64,000 nucleotides of DNA, from assembly GCA_965220745.1 (NCBI GenBank), contig CBDCQT010000012.1, positions 832,001 to 896,000 of the forward strand, written 5' to 3'. A model generated the notes under the pieces. It was not told where the DNA came from and did not search any database. It saw nothing but the letters and a program-made list of their open reading frames with translations. A program made the position numbers and the translations under genes. Source of the DNA: Alphaproteobacteria bacterium. Its GTDB lineage: Bacteria > Pseudomonadota > Alphaproteobacteria > UBA828. This document shows positions 43,086 through 55,016 of this stretch, piece by piece. The first letter of the stretch is position 1; each line of letters opens with the position of its first letter.

Positions 43086-45536
43086 CTAAGAAACGGGGGG
43101 AGGGACCGGTGTCTCGTGGCCGCCGAGCGGAGGCAGGATACTCACGTCTGGGTCGTCATCCGAGGCGGCGAGTTTGCCAAGAGCCTCGTCGTCCTCGTCG
43201 GTCCATTCGATGGGCACGAGCGGCCCGGTCAGCGCGTGCTTCAGGATGTCATCCATCGAATCGACTGAGACGATGGTGAGGTCCTTCTTCACGTTGTCCG
43301 GAATGTCGTCGAGATCCTTCTCGTTCTCCTGCGGAATCAGGACCGTCGTAAGCCCGCCCCGCAGGGCGGCCAGCATCTTCTCCTTGAGGCCGCCGATCGG
43401 CAGTACGCGTCCGCGCAGCGTGATCTCGCCCGTCATTGCGATCGACTTCTTGACCGGGACGCCCGTCAGCACCGAGACAATGGAAGTCACCATGGCGACG
43501 CCGGCAGACGGGCCGTCCTTGGGCGTCGCACCCTCCGGCACGTGCACGTGAATATCGCGTTTGCTCAGGATCGTCGGCTTGATGCCGAACTCGACCGCGC
43601 GCGACTTCACGTAGCTTTCCGCCGCCTGAACCGATTCACGCATCACGTCGCCGAGCTTGCCGGTAGAAATCACCCGGCCCTTGCCCGGCAGCGTCACCGA
43701 CTCGATGGAGAGCAGCTCGCCGCCGACTTCGGTCCAGGCAAGACCGGTCGTGACGCCCACCATGTCCTCGTGCTCGGCCTCGCCGTAGCGGTACTTGCGG
43801 ATGCCGGCATACTTCTTGAGATTGCGCCGGGTGACACGGACCTTTTCCCGCCCCTCCGCGACAATTTCCCGAGTCGCCTTGCGGGCCAGGTTCGCGAGTT
43901 CCCGCTCCAGATTTCGCACGCCCGCCTCGCGGGTGTAGTAGCGGATCAGGTCGAGCAGAGCCTCAGCCGAGATCGACCACTCGCCCTTCTTGAGCGCATG
44001 CGCCTTGGCCTGCTTCGGGATCAGGTGGCGCTTGGCGATCTGGACCTTTTCGTCCTCGGTGTAGCCGGGAATGCGAATGGTCTCCATCCGGTCGAGCAGG
44101 GCCGGCGCCATCCTGAGTGTGTTGGCCGTGGTGATGAACATCACGTCGGAGAGGTCGTAGTCGACCTCCAGATAGTGATCGTTGAACGTGTTGTTCTGCT
44201 CGGGGTCCAGCACCTCCAGCAGCGCGGAGGCCGGGTCGCCCCGGAAGTCGGCGCCCATCTTGTCGACCTCGTCGAGGAGGAAGAGCGGGTTGGACGACTT
44301 CGCCTTCTTCATCGACTGGATGATCTTGCCCGGCAGCGAGCCGATGTAGGTGCGGCGATGGCCGCGAATCTCGGCTTCGTCGCGCACGCCACCGAGCGAG
44401 AAGCGCACGAAGTTGCGTCCCGTCGCGCGCGCCACCGACTTGCCGAGAGAAGTCTTGCCGACTCCGGGCGGGCCAACGAGACAGAGGATCGGCCCCTTCA
44501 TCTTCCGCGCCCGCTGCTGGACCGCGAGATACTCCAGGATCCGCTCCTTGACCTTCTCCAACCCGTAGTGGTCGTCGTTGAGAATCTTCTCGGCGTTCTT
44601 GATGTCCTTCTTGATCCGGGTGCGCTTCTTCCACGGGATCGAGAGAATCCAATCGAGGTAGTTGCGGACCACCGTGGCCTCGGCCGACATCGGGCTCATC
44701 GAGCGGAGCTTCTTGACTTCCGCCAGCGCCTTTTCCCGTGCCTCCTTGGAGAGCTTGGTGGCCTTGATCCGTGCCTCGAACTCGGCGGCCTCGTCGCGCC
44801 CGTCCTCGCCCTCGCCCAGTTCCTTCTGGATCGCCTTCATCTGCTCGTTCAGGTAGTACTCGCGCTGCGTCTTCTCCATCTGACGCTTGACGCGCGAGCG
44901 GATGCGCTTCTCCACCTGGAGCACCCCGATCTCGCCTTCCATCAGCGAGATCACGCGCTCCAGCCGGCCGCCGACCGAACCGATCTCCAGTAGTTCCTGC
45001 TTCTCATCCAGCTTGATCGAGAGGTGCGAGGCGATCGTGTCCGCGAGCTTGCTCGGCTCCTCGATCTGGTTCACCGAGACCAGAACCTCCGGCGGCACCT
45101 TCTTGTTGAGCTTCACATATTGCTCGAACTGGCTCGCCACCGAGCGGCTGAGCGCCTCGAGCTCGCCGGCATCGCCCTCGTCTTCCTCCATCTTTTCGGC
45201 TCGCGCTTCGAAGAACGCCGGATTCTCGCGGAACTCGACGATCCTCGCGCGAGCGCCGCCCTCCACCAGCACCTTGACCGTGCCGTCCGGCAGCTTGAGG
45301 AGTTGAAGCACCGAGCCGACTACGCCGACGGAATGGATGTCCTTCGGCGCGGGGTCGTCCTGGGAAGCGTTTTTCTGCGCAACGAGAAGGATTTGCTTGT
45401 CGTCCTTCATCACGGTTTCGAGTGCCGCGACCGACTTTTCGCGGCCGACGAACAGCGGCACGATCATGTGCGGAAAGACGACGATGTCCCTAAGCGGCAG
45501 GACCGGGTAGCTCGGAAGAGACGAAACGTCCAGCAT
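43086..45536 (-). CDS. lon: ATP-dependent protease Lon
   Basis: [41 protein letters not shown]. Confidence 0.98.
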   Translation of the reverse strand: MLDVSSLPSYPVLPLRDIVVFPHMIVPLFVGREKSVAALETVMKDDKQILLVAQKNASQDDPAPKDIHSVGVVGSVLQLLKLPDGTVKVLVEGGARARIVEFRENPAFFEARAEKMEEDEGDAGELEALSRSVASQFEQYVKLNKKVPPEVLVSVNQIEEPSKLADTIASHLSIKLDEKQELLEIGSVGGRLERVISLMEGEIGVLQVEKRIRSRVKRQMEKTQREYYLNEQMKAIQKELGEGEDGRDEAAEFEARIKATKLSKEAREKALAEVKKLRSMSPMSAEATVVRNYLDWILSIPWKKRTRIKKDIKNAEKILNDDHYGLEKVKERILEYLAVQQRARKMKGPILCLVGPPGVGKTSLGKSVARATGRNFVRFSLGGVRDEAEIRGHRRTYIGSLPGKIIQSMKKAKSSNPLFLLDEVDKMGADFRGDPASALLEVLDPEQNNTFNDHYLEVDYDLSDVMFITTANTLRMAPALLDRMETIRIPGYTEDEKVQIAKRHLIPKQAKAHALKKGEWSISAEALLDLIRYYTREAGVRNLERELANLARKATREIVAEGREKVRVTRRNLKKYAGIRKYRYGEAEHEDMVGVTTGLAWTEVGGELLSIESVTLPGKGRVISTGKLGDVMRESVQAAESYVKSRAVEFGIKPTILSKRDIHVHVPEGATPKDGPSAGVAMVTSIVSVLTGVPVKKSIAMTGEITLRGRVLPIGGLKEKMLAALRGGLTTVLIPQENEKDLDDIPDNVKKDLTIVSVDSMDDILKHALTGPLVPIEWTDEDDEALGKLAASDDDPDVSILPPLGGHETPVPPPVS

Positions 45537-45638
45537 TGTTCCTCGTGCGCCTTGCGATTGCGCGTCAGAGCGGCAGCCGATACCGAGGCGCGCCCGCAGG
45601 TAAGGTAAGTACGGCGGCGCAGCCGTTCAAGCGGTCAC

Positions 45639-46907
<1,269 letters not shown>

Positions 46908-47136
46908 GTCCGCTCCGTGCCGTCGCTTGCGGAGACGCGCCCGTCTAAACCGCCGTTAAGCTCGCGACGCTCTTCTCCAGACAACCAGAACTCCGTGAGG
47001 TTGGCAAACACCCCGGCCCGTGTCTAGGCCGAACATTCGGTGATTTCGAGACCCAATATCTAGTGCCTCCCGGCCTACGTTTTCAGGTTAGATGCACCAC
47101 GCGGCACACTTCTCCAGCCACCTGCGGCCTCTAGCT

Positions 47137-47790
47137 TCACTTCTTGGTGCCGCCCTTGGCTCCCGAGTCGTCCGGGGTTTCCGGCCGCCGCGCCACCACA
47201 TCGTCCACGATACCGAAGTCCTTGGCTTCGTTGGGAGTCATGAACTTGTCACGTTCCAGGTTTTCTTCGATGATCGCAAGGTCCTGACCGGTATGGCTCA
47301 CGTAAATTTCATTGAGACGCTGGCGCAGCAACAAGATTTCCTTGGCGTGGATCTCGATGTCGGTGGCCTGCCCCTGGAAGCCGCCGGACGGCTGGTGCAG
47401 CATGATCCGAGCATTGGGTAAAGCGAAGCGCTGCCCTTCCGCGCCGGCCGCCAGCAGGAGCGAACCCATCGAGGCCGCCTGGCCGATGCAAAGCGTGGCC
47501 ACCGCCGGGCGCACATACTGCATCGTGTCGTAAATCGCGAGACCCGATGTCACCAGGCCACCGGGGCTGTTGATGTAGACCGAGATGTCCTTGGTCGGGT
47601 TCTCCGATTCCAGGAACAAGAGCTGCGCGGTGATCAGGCTCGCGACCTCATCGCCGATGCCGCCGGTGAGGAAAATGATTCGCTCCTTGAGCAGCCGCGA
47701 ATAGATGTCGTAGGCACGCTCGCCCCGGTTGGTCTGCTCCACGACCATTGGCACCAGGGTGTTGGCGTAGGTCTCGACGATATCCGCCAT
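47137..47790 (-). CDS. clpP: Clp protease proteolytic subunit
   Basis: [27 protein letters not shown]. Confidence 0.98.
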   Translation of the reverse strand: MADIVETYANTLVPMVVEQTNRGERAYDIYSRLLKERIIFLTGGIGDEVASLITAQLLFLESENPTKDISVYINSPGGLVTSGLAIYDTMQYVRPAVATLCIGQAASMGSLLLAAGAEGQRFALPNARIMLHQPSGGFQGQATDIEIHAKEILLLRQRLNEIYVSHTGQDLAIIEENLERDKFMTPNEAKDFGIVDDVVARRPETPDDSGAKGGTKK

Positions 47791-47817
47791 GACGCTCTCC
47801 TTATTCAGCGGGGCGGA

Positions 47818-49254
47818 TCAGCCCGACTCGCTCGACGCAGCGCTCTCGTCCTCGTCGGTTGCCGCGCTCTCTTCCTCGTCGGTCTGCTCGGTTCCAGTCG
47901 CCGACGACTTCTCGTCCTCGTCGGGATCGCGCATCAGCGTCTCCACGTCGACGACCTGTTCCGAGACCGCGGCGAGCTCACTGAGGAAGGTAATGACCTT
48001 GTCCTCGAATACCGTGGGACGGAAGCGCTCCAGTTGGTCTGGCTGGCTCCGGTAGAATTCGAGGAGGCGCTGAGGCTCCGGATGACCGCGCGCGCTCATC
48101 ATGGCCGCGCGGAGCAGATCCTCCTGCTCGACCGTAATGTCGTTGCTCCCCCCGATCTCCGCGATCAGGAGGCCGAGGCGCACGCGCCGCTCGGCGATCT
48201 GCCGAAACTCTTCCCGCGCCTCGTCTTCCGGTTGATCGAGGATCGTGGCGATCTCAGCATCGGCGCGCTTCGCGTCGTTCTCGATTTGCTGCCAGACGGC
48301 ATCGAACTCGCTCTCGACCATGCCGGGAGGCACGTCGAACTTGTAGCGCTCATCGAGGACATCAAGCAGCGAGCGCTTGAGGCGAGCCTGGGAGACCTGC
48401 TCATACTCCGACTGGATCTGCTCCCGTACCACGCCGCGCAGTGCGTCCAGGTTTTCGGCACCTCGGCGTTCGGCGAAAGCGTCGTCGACCGTCGCGGGCA
48501 GCCGCTCCTGCACCTCCTTGACTGTGATCTTGAAGATGGTGGCCTCCGCCGCTGCTGCGGGCTCATCCTGCTCTCCCGCCTCCTGTTCGGGTGCGGGCGG
48601 CGTCATCGTCACTTCCCGTTCCTGGCCTGCCTCAGCGCCCACGAGCTGCTCGGTCATTTCGGGCAAGAGCGCTTCGGCATCGAGCTCCAGCGGCACGTCC
48701 GTGCCGCTCCGCTCAGGCGCCGGTTCGCCATCGACCTCGACAGCGATGTCGACCAGAAGCTGATCGCCTTCCTGTGCCGCTCTCGGCGTCTCGACCGGCT
48801 CGAACCGCTTTTCGGCCTCTGCGAGTCGGCCAAGCGCGTCCTCCACCGATTCGTCGGTCACTTCGGCCTTGAGTCGGGTGACGGTGAGGTCGGAGAAGTC
48901 GCCGAGCTCGATATTCGGCAAGACCTCCATTCCCATGGTGAACTCGAGATCCTTGCCCTCGTCGTAGGCCGTGATCTCGATCTCGGGCTGCATGGCCGGG
49001 CGCAGCTCGCGTTCCTCCAAGACCTCGCGCGAGCGCGTCTCGATGGTCTGTTGCAGCACCTCGCCGAGCACACGCGGCTGGTAATGGCGGCGCACGATTG
49101 AGAGCGGCACCTTGCCGCGACGAAAGCCCTTCATGGTTATGGTCTTGCGCAGCTCGTCGAGCCGCCCCTCGACATCGGCTTCGAGATCGGCCGCCGGCAC
49201 CGTCACCTTGAGCTCACGTTTCAGCCCCTCGGAGAGGGTTTCCGTTACTTGCAT
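47818..49254 (-). CDS. tig: Trigger factor
   Basis: MQVTETLSEGLKRE, ribosome-binding GFRRGKVP, AERRVRLGLL; tig-clpP-clpX-lon synteny. Confidence 0.95.
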   Translation of the reverse strand: MQVTETLSEGLKRELKVTVPAADLEADVEGRLDELRKTITMKGFRRGKVPLSIVRRHYQPRVLGEVLQQTIETRSREVLEERELRPAMQPEIEITAYDEGKDLEFTMGMEVLPNIELGDFSDLTVTRLKAEVTDESVEDALGRLAEAEKRFEPVETPRAAQEGDQLLVDIAVEVDGEPAPERSGTDVPLELDAEALLPEMTEQLVGAEAGQEREVTMTPPAPEQEAGEQDEPAAAAEATIFKITVKEVQERLPATVDDAFAERRGAENLDALRGVVREQIQSEYEQVSQARLKRSLLDVLDERYKFDVPPGMVESEFDAVWQQIENDAKRADAEIATILDQPEDEAREEFRQIAERRVRLGLLIAEIGGSNDITVEQEDLLRAAMMSARGHPEPQRLLEFYRSQPDQLERFRPTVFEDKVITFLSELAAVSEQVVDVETLMRDPDEDEKSSATGTEQTDEEESAATDEDESAASSESG

Positions 49255-49329
49255 AATCCTGCGCTCATGTCGTGCTCCGCGTGGCCGGCGGGCGCCCGAT
49301 CGGGCCTCGGGCGCGAGCGGCATCGGCGA

Positions 49330-49414
49330 TGGTGCGGGCGAAGGGATTCGAACCCCCACGGCCTGAGCCACGTGGTCCTAAACCACGCGCGTCTACCAAT
49401 TCCGCCACGCCCGC
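49330..49414 (-). tRNA. tRNA-Leu(TAG)
   Basis: Reverse complement GCGGGCGTGGCGGAATTGGTAGACGCG-CGTGG TT TAG GA CCACG-...GGGGGTTCGAATCCCT-TCGCCCGC-ACCA; long variable arm; usual position upstream of tig. Confidence 0.96.
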
Positions 49415-49588
49415 GCGTCTCCGGTATGTCTCTGGTTCGTGAGTCCCTCCGGAAGCGGAGAAACTTCGCGCGCCCTATAGCACAGAAGGGCGCCAATGGG
49501 CCAAGACGCTATCGAGCAGCTTTTCCAGCTTGAACACAAGCTGGGATCGTGCTGAGAAATTCGGGTTAGTCTGACGATATCTTGCTGC

Positions 49589-49678
49589 GGATGGGTGGCC
49601 GAGCGGTCGAAGGCACCGGTCTTGAAAACCGGCAGGGGCGCGAGTCCCTCGTGGGTTCGAATCCCACCCCATCCGCCA
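49589..49678 (+). tRNA. tRNA-Ser(TGA)
   Basis: GGATGGGTGGCCGAGCGGTCGAAGGCA-CCGGT CT TGA AA ACCGG-long arm-GTGGGTTCGAATCCCAC-CCCATCC-GCCA. Confidence 0.96.
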
Positions 49679-49959
49679 CTCATATGCTATAATTCATTGA
49701 TTAACCATGATTTTTCGTGATTTTTCAGTTTCTGTGTCCCTCAGTTTGTCTCAGAAATTCGTGGTATGGTGGCCACCTGGACCCCAGCCCGCTGCTGCTC
49801 TCCAGTGCTTGTTGTTCGGCGCGGGGGAATGGCGCCGATCGGCGTTCTAACATGTTGAGGTGGCTAGGCTTTAGGGGGTCAATGTTCCACGCTTGACAAC
49901 GTCCAGGGGTCCGCGCGAAGCCCTGCACCGGTTCTTCGACGGCGTGGAGGCGTGATTCG

Positions 49960-50886
49960 ATGCTCCTTTGCTGCGGCGAGGCTCTGATCGACATGATCCC
50001 GACACCGACCGAGTCGGGGCAGGACGGTTACGTGCCGCATGTCGGCGGGTCGGTCTTCAACACCGCGATCGCGCTCGGACGTCTGGGCGTGCAGACCGGA
50101 ATGCTGACCGGGCTTTCCTCCGATCTGTTCGGCCAGCAATTGACCGCATCGCTTCACGCGAACCATGTCGACACATCGCTCGTCGTCACCTCCGACCGGC
50201 CCACCACACTCGCGTTCGTCCAGCTCACGGACGGCCATGCCTCCTACCTGTTCTACGACGAGAACTCGGCCGGGCGGATACTCGAACGGGCCGATATGCC
50301 CCCGCTGCCCGACGAGGTCAGCACGCTCTACTTCGGCGGCATCAGCCTGGTCTTCGAGCCGGGTGCCGAGGCCTATGCCGCACTGCTGAAGCGTGAGGCC
50401 GCGGCCCGCGTCGTCATGCTCGATCCCAACATCCGCCCGAGCTTCATCCGGGACATCAGGCGATACCGCGACCGTCTGGACCAGATGATCGCGCTGTCGG
50501 ACATCGTGAAGGTCTCCGACGAGGATCTGAACTGGATCTATCCCGGTCCGCAGTCGCTGTTCGAAAAGCTCGATTTCGTGCGCCAGGCCGGGCCGTCCGT
50601 CGTGATCCTGACGCGCAGCGGCAGCGGTGCCACCGCCTTCCTCAAGGACGGCACCGAGGTCTCGGTTCCGGTCGACCGCGTCGACGTCGTCGACACCATC
50701 GGCGCGGGCGACACGTTCAATGCGGGCGTGCTGGCCAAGCTCGCGGAGCTCGGGCTGCTCATCAAGGCATCCCTGGCCGCCATCGAGCGCGATCCGATGC
50801 GCGAAGCGCTGCGCTTCGGCACGCGGGTCGCAGGGGTCACCGTCTCCCGCGCCGGGGCGAACCCGCCATGGCGCCATGAGCTTTGA
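49960..50886 (+). CDS. PfkB-family sugar kinase (fructokinase-like)
   Basis: CCGEALIDMIP, GGSVFNTAIALGRLG, DPNIRP, VKVSDED, DTIGAGDTF. Confidence 0.92.
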   Translation: MLLCCGEALIDMIPTPTESGQDGYVPHVGGSVFNTAIALGRLGVQTGMLTGLSSDLFGQQLTASLHANHVDTSLVVTSDRPTTLAFVQLTDGHASYLFYDENSAGRILERADMPPLPDEVSTLYFGGISLVFEPGAEAYAALLKREAAARVVMLDPNIRPSFIRDIRRYRDRLDQMIALSDIVKVSDEDLNWIYPGPQSLFEKLDFVRQAGPSVVILTRSGSGATAFLKDGTEVSVPVDRVDVVDTIGAGDTFNAGVLAKLAELGLLIKASLAAIERDPMREALRFGTRVAGVTVSRAGANPPWRHEL

Positions 50887-50971
50887 AGGCGATATTCTCT
50901 TGATCGGTTAGTGAAGCGGGGATGCTCCTCTCAGTGGCGCCGTCTCTAGGCTGGCTGGAGGTGGACTGATC

Positions 50972-52435
50972 ATGGTTTCTCGAGTCATTCCGGTCGAGCC
51001 GTTCGATCTCGTGGTCTTCGGCGGCACTGGCGACCTGGCGCGGCGCAAGCTGCTGCCCGCGCTCTATCGCCGCATGCTTGCCGGGCAGGCGCAGCCCGGT
51101 TCGAGGATCGTCGCCGTCGGCCGCAGAGTGCTCGACGCCGACGGTTATCGCCGCATGGCCGAGGCGTCGCTCAAGGAGCATGCGGGTCCGGGCGCGCTCG
51201 ATCCCGATCGGGCGGCGGCCTTCCTCGACATGCTCGACTACGTGCACGTCGATGCGGAGGGCGAGGGTGGCTGGGCCTCGCTCGCCGACCGGCTCGAGGG
51301 CTCTGAGCGCATGCGGATCTTCTATCTCTCGGTGGTGCCGCACCTCTTCGGGCCAATCAGCGAACGGGTGGCGCGGAGCGGCTGCCGCACGCCCGACACG
51401 CGGCTGGTGGTCGAGAAGCCGCTCGGCCGCGATCTCCAGAGCGCGCGAGCGCTGAACCGCCGGCTCGCGACGCTGTTCGAGGAGCGCCAGATCTACCGGA
51501 TCGACCACTATCTCGGGAAGGAGACGGTGCAGAACCTGATGGCGCTGCGCTTCGCCAATGCCCTGTTCGAGCCGATCTGGAACGCGCGCCATGTCGATCA
51601 CGTGCAGATCACCGTCGCCGAGCGGGTCGGCGTCGGTGGCCGGGGCGCCTACTACGACGAGAACGGCGCGCTGCGGGACATGATGCAGAACCACCTTCTG
51701 CAACTGCTTTGCCTCATCGCCATGGAGCCGCCGGCGCATTTCGAGCCGGACGCGCTACGCGACGAGAAGCTCAAGGTGCTGCGCAGCCTGAAGCCGCTGG
51801 AGGGGCTCGGCGACGTGGTGCGCGGCCAGTATCTCGGCATCAACGGCGAGGCGGGCTACCTGGAGGATGCCGAGAACCCCCGATCGCGCACCGAGAGCTT
51901 CGCGGCGATCAAGGCGGAGATCGCCAACTGGCGCTGGAACGGGGCGCCGTTCTACCTGCGCACCGGAAAGCGGCTGCGGACGCGGATGTCGGAGATCGCC
52001 GTCGTCTTCAAGGACGCCCCGCATTCGATCTTCCCCGAGAGCGCGGGCAGCACGGGCCCCAACGTGCTGGCGATCAGGCTCCAGCCGGACGAGGGGATCA
52101 CGCTGAGACTGACGATCAAGGAGCCGGGCCCCGGCGGCATGAGGCTCTGCGAGGTGCCGCTCGACATGACCTTTGCCGAGACCCTGGGCGCTGACGGGCT
52201 GAGCATGCCGGACGCCTACGAGCGGCTGGTAATGGACGTGATCCGCGGCGACCAGACGCTGTTCATGCGTGGCGACGAGGTCGAAGCGGCCTGGCGCTGG
52301 ATCGATCCGATCATCGCGGCGGCGGAGACCGCGCCCGAGCGGCCGCAACCCTACGACAGCTATTCGTCGGGGCCGGAAGATGCGCTGATGCTGATGCATC
52401 GCGACGGCCGGCGCTGGCGCTCGCTCGCGGTGTGA
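50972..52435 (+). CDS. zwf: Glucose-6-phosphate 1-dehydrogenase
   Basis: FGGTGDLARRKL, EKPLG, RIDHYLGKE, DMMQNH, RTGKRL. Confidence 0.97.
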   Translation: MVSRVIPVEPFDLVVFGGTGDLARRKLLPALYRRMLAGQAQPGSRIVAVGRRVLDADGYRRMAEASLKEHAGPGALDPDRAAAFLDMLDYVHVDAEGEGGWASLADRLEGSERMRIFYLSVVPHLFGPISERVARSGCRTPDTRLVVEKPLGRDLQSARALNRRLATLFEERQIYRIDHYLGKETVQNLMALRFANALFEPIWNARHVDHVQITVAERVGVGGRGAYYDENGALRDMMQNHLLQLLCLIAMEPPAHFEPDALRDEKLKVLRSLKPLEGLGDVVRGQYLGINGEAGYLEDAENPRSRTESFAAIKAEIANWRWNGAPFYLRTGKRLRTRMSEIAVVFKDAPHSIFPESAGSTGPNVLAIRLQPDEGITLRLTIKEPGPGGMRLCEVPLDMTFAETLGADGLSMPDAYERLVMDVIRGDQTLFMRGDEVEAAWRWIDPIIAAAETAPERPQPYDSYSSGPEDALMLMHRDGRRWRSLAV

Positions 52436-53085
52436 CGCGGATCGTCGAGGCCGCGGATCGGGACGCGCTGGCCCAACTTCTGGCCGGAGACATCGCGGCG
52501 GTGCTGGAGAGGGCGATTCGAGGCAGGGGCCGGGCCGCGCTGGCGGTGCCGGGCGGCACCACGCCGGCCGCGTTCCTGACCGCGCTCGGCGGCCATGCGC
52601 TCGACTGGGGGGCCGTAGCGGTGACGCTCACCGACGAGCGCTGTGTCCGCGCCGATCATCCGCGCTCCAACCGGCGCCTGCTCGACGAAACGCTGTTTGC
52701 CGGCCCGGCCCGCGCCGCACGGTTCGTGGCGCTCGACGACGAGCAGGCGCTTTTGGCGATCCTGCCGCTTGATGCCTGTGTGGTGGGGATGGGGGAGGAT
52801 TGGCACATCGCTTCGCTCTTCCCCGGCGCCGACCGCCTGGACGAGGCGCTTTCGGCGGACTGCGGCGCCCCGACCCTTCGGCTCCACGCCCCCGGTGCGC
52901 CCGAGGCGCGCATCACACTCACCGTGCCGGCGCTGACCGGGGCGGGCCGGTGCTTCGTATTGATCCACGGCGCAGAGAAGCGCGCGGCTCTCGAACGGGC
53001 TCGGGCTGCGGCCGGCCCTGCCGATGCCCCGGTCCGGCTGGTCCTCGACGCACCGAGGCCGGCCACCGTTTACTGGGCGCCGTGA
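52432..53085 (+). CDS. pgl: 6-phosphogluconolactonase
   Basis: VPGGTTP, LTDERCV, GMGEDWHIASLFP, RITLT; lies between zwf and edd. Confidence 0.9.
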   Translation: MTRIVEAADRDALAQLLAGDIAAVLERAIRGRGRAALAVPGGTTPAAFLTALGGHALDWGAVAVTLTDERCVRADHPRSNRRLLDETLFAGPARAARFVALDDEQALLAILPLDACVVGMGEDWHIASLFPGADRLDEALSADCGAPTLRLHAPGAPEARITLTVPALTGAGRCFVLIHGAEKRAALERARAAAGPADAPVRLVLDAPRPATVYWAP

Positions 53086-53106
53086 GGCAACGATCGGGAG
53101 AGCCCG

Positions 53107-54921
53107 ATGCCACTGAACGATACCGTGCACCAGGTGACCGAGCGGATCCGCGCTCGGAGCCGGACCGTCCGCACCACTTATCTCGAGCGCATGGCCCGCG
53201 CTGCCGACGCGGGTCCCGCGCGCGCGCATCTCTCCTGCGGCAACCTCGCGCACGCCTTCGCCGCGAGCCCTGATACAGACAAATCGCGTCAGGCCGAGGG
53301 CACCGCCGGCAACATCGGTATCGTCACCGCCTACAACGACATGCTCTCGGCCCACCAGCCGTTCGAGGGCTTCCCCGCGCTGATCCGCGAGGCAGCCCGG
53401 CAAGCGGGCGGCACCGCCCAGGTCGCGGGCGGCGTGCCCGCGATGTGCGACGGTGTCACCCAGGGCCAGCCGGGCATGGAGCTCTCGCTCTTCAGCCGCG
53501 ACGTGATCGCGCTCGCGGCTGGCGTGGCGCTCTCGCACAACTGCTTCGACGCCGCGATCTTCCTGGGAGTCTGCGACAAGATCGTCCCCGGCCTCGTGAT
53601 CGCGGCGGCCACCTTCGGCCATATTCCGGCGATCTTCGCGCCGGCGGGGCCGATGACCTCGGGCCTGCCCAACGACGAGAAGGCCGCCGTGCGCCAGCGC
53701 TTCGCCCGTGGCGAGATCGGCCGGGACGAGCTGATGGCCGCCGAGATGGCCTCATATCACGGCCCCGGCACCTGCACGTTCTACGGCACAGCGAACTCGA
53801 ACCAGATGCTGATGGAGGTCATGGGCCTGCACCTGCCGGGCGCGAGCTTCGTCAATCCCGGCACGCCGCTGCGCGAGGCGCTCACGCAAGCGGCGGCGCG
53901 GCGGGCGCTGGAGATCACCGCTACCGGCAACTCCTACACGCCTGTGAGCGTCGTGCTCGACGAGCGTGCCTTCGTCAATGGCATGGTCGGCCTGCACGCC
54001 ACGGGCGGCTCCACCAATCTGACCCTGCACCTCATCGCGATGGCCCGCTCCGCAGGCGTGCTGATCGACTGGTCCGACATGGCGGCGCTTTCCGCGGTCA
54101 CGCCGCTGATGGCGCGGGTCTATCCCAACGGGCTGGCCGACGTGAACCACTTCCACGCCGCCGGCGGGCTCGGCTTCATGATCGGCGAGTTGCTGGAGGC
54201 CGGGCTGTTGCACGGCGACGTGCGCACCGTCGCCGGCGACGGACTGGCCCGCTACACCGAGGAGCCGGTGCTGGGCGACGACGGGCTCGTCTGGCGCGAG
54301 GGCACGCGCGCGAGCCTGAACGAGAAGATCCTCCGCCCCGCAGCCGATCCGTTCCAGGGCACCGGCGGGCTCACCGTGCTGACCGGCAACCTCGGCCAGG
54401 CGGTGATCAAGACCTCGGCGGTCAAGCCCGAGCGCCATGTCGTCGAGGCCCCGGCGCGGGTGTTTCACGATCAGGAGGAGATCAAGGCCGCGTTCCGCGA
54501 CGGCGCGCTCGAGCGCGATTTCGTCTGCGTGCTGCGCTTTCAGGGCCCGCAGGCCAACGGTATGCCCGAGCTGCACGCGCTGACGCCGGTCTTGGGTTCC
54601 GTGCAGGACCGCGGTTTCCGCGTGGCGCTGGTCACCGACGGGCGCATGTCCGGCGCATCGGGCAAGGTGCCTGCGGCCATCCACGTCACGCCAGAGGCCG
54701 CGGCGGGCGGCGCGATCGCGCGGGTGCGCGACGACGATGTGATCCGGCTCGACGCTATGGCGGGCCGGCTCGATATGCTTGGCGATGCGGCGGAGTTCGC
54801 CGCGCGCGCGCCGGCAGAGGCCGATCTCTCGGCCAATGCCAGCGGCATCGGCCGCGAGCTCTTCACCGCCTTCCGCAATAACGTCGGCCCTGCAGAAGCT
54901 GGTGCGGCGGTCGTCGTCTAG
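53107..54921 (+). CDS. edd: 6-phosphogluconate dehydratase
   Basis: [51 protein letters not shown]. Confidence 0.97.
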   Translation: MPLNDTVHQVTERIRARSRTVRTTYLERMARAADAGPARAHLSCGNLAHAFAASPDTDKSRQAEGTAGNIGIVTAYNDMLSAHQPFEGFPALIREAARQAGGTAQVAGGVPAMCDGVTQGQPGMELSLFSRDVIALAAGVALSHNCFDAAIFLGVCDKIVPGLVIAAATFGHIPAIFAPAGPMTSGLPNDEKAAVRQRFARGEIGRDELMAAEMASYHGPGTCTFYGTANSNQMLMEVMGLHLPGASFVNPGTPLREALTQAAARRALEITATGNSYTPVSVVLDERAFVNGMVGLHATGGSTNLTLHLIAMARSAGVLIDWSDMAALSAVTPLMARVYPNGLADVNHFHAAGGLGFMIGELLEAGLLHGDVRTVAGDGLARYTEEPVLGDDGLVWREGTRASLNEKILRPAADPFQGTGGLTVLTGNLGQAVIKTSAVKPERHVVEAPARVFHDQEEIKAAFRDGALERDFVCVLRFQGPQANGMPELHALTPVLGSVQDRGFRVALVTDGRMSGASGKVPAAIHVTPEAAAGGAIARVRDDDVIRLDAMAGRLDMLGDAAEFAARAPAEADLSANASGIGRELFTAFRNNVGPAEAGAAVVV

Positions 54922-55016
54922 GCGATCGTGAGCCCGCACTAAGCCGTTTGGGAGAGGTTTCGTCGCGTCACCACTTCGCCTAGCTTCAGGGCACAGCAGC
55001 CGCGCAAGACCACGCC

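Noticed and set aside
49589-49678. tRNA-Sec or suppressor tRNA suggested by 'TGA'
   Set aside because: Anticodon TGA reads UCA (Ser); tRNA-Sec would have anticodon TCA. The acceptor stem is a normal 7 bp.
49245-49994. Small ORFs over the tRNAs and scar, and the N-terminal extension of tig to 49371
   Set aside because: They overlap tRNA genes or lack motifs, and no integrase signature was found. The tig start fits MQVTET at 49254.
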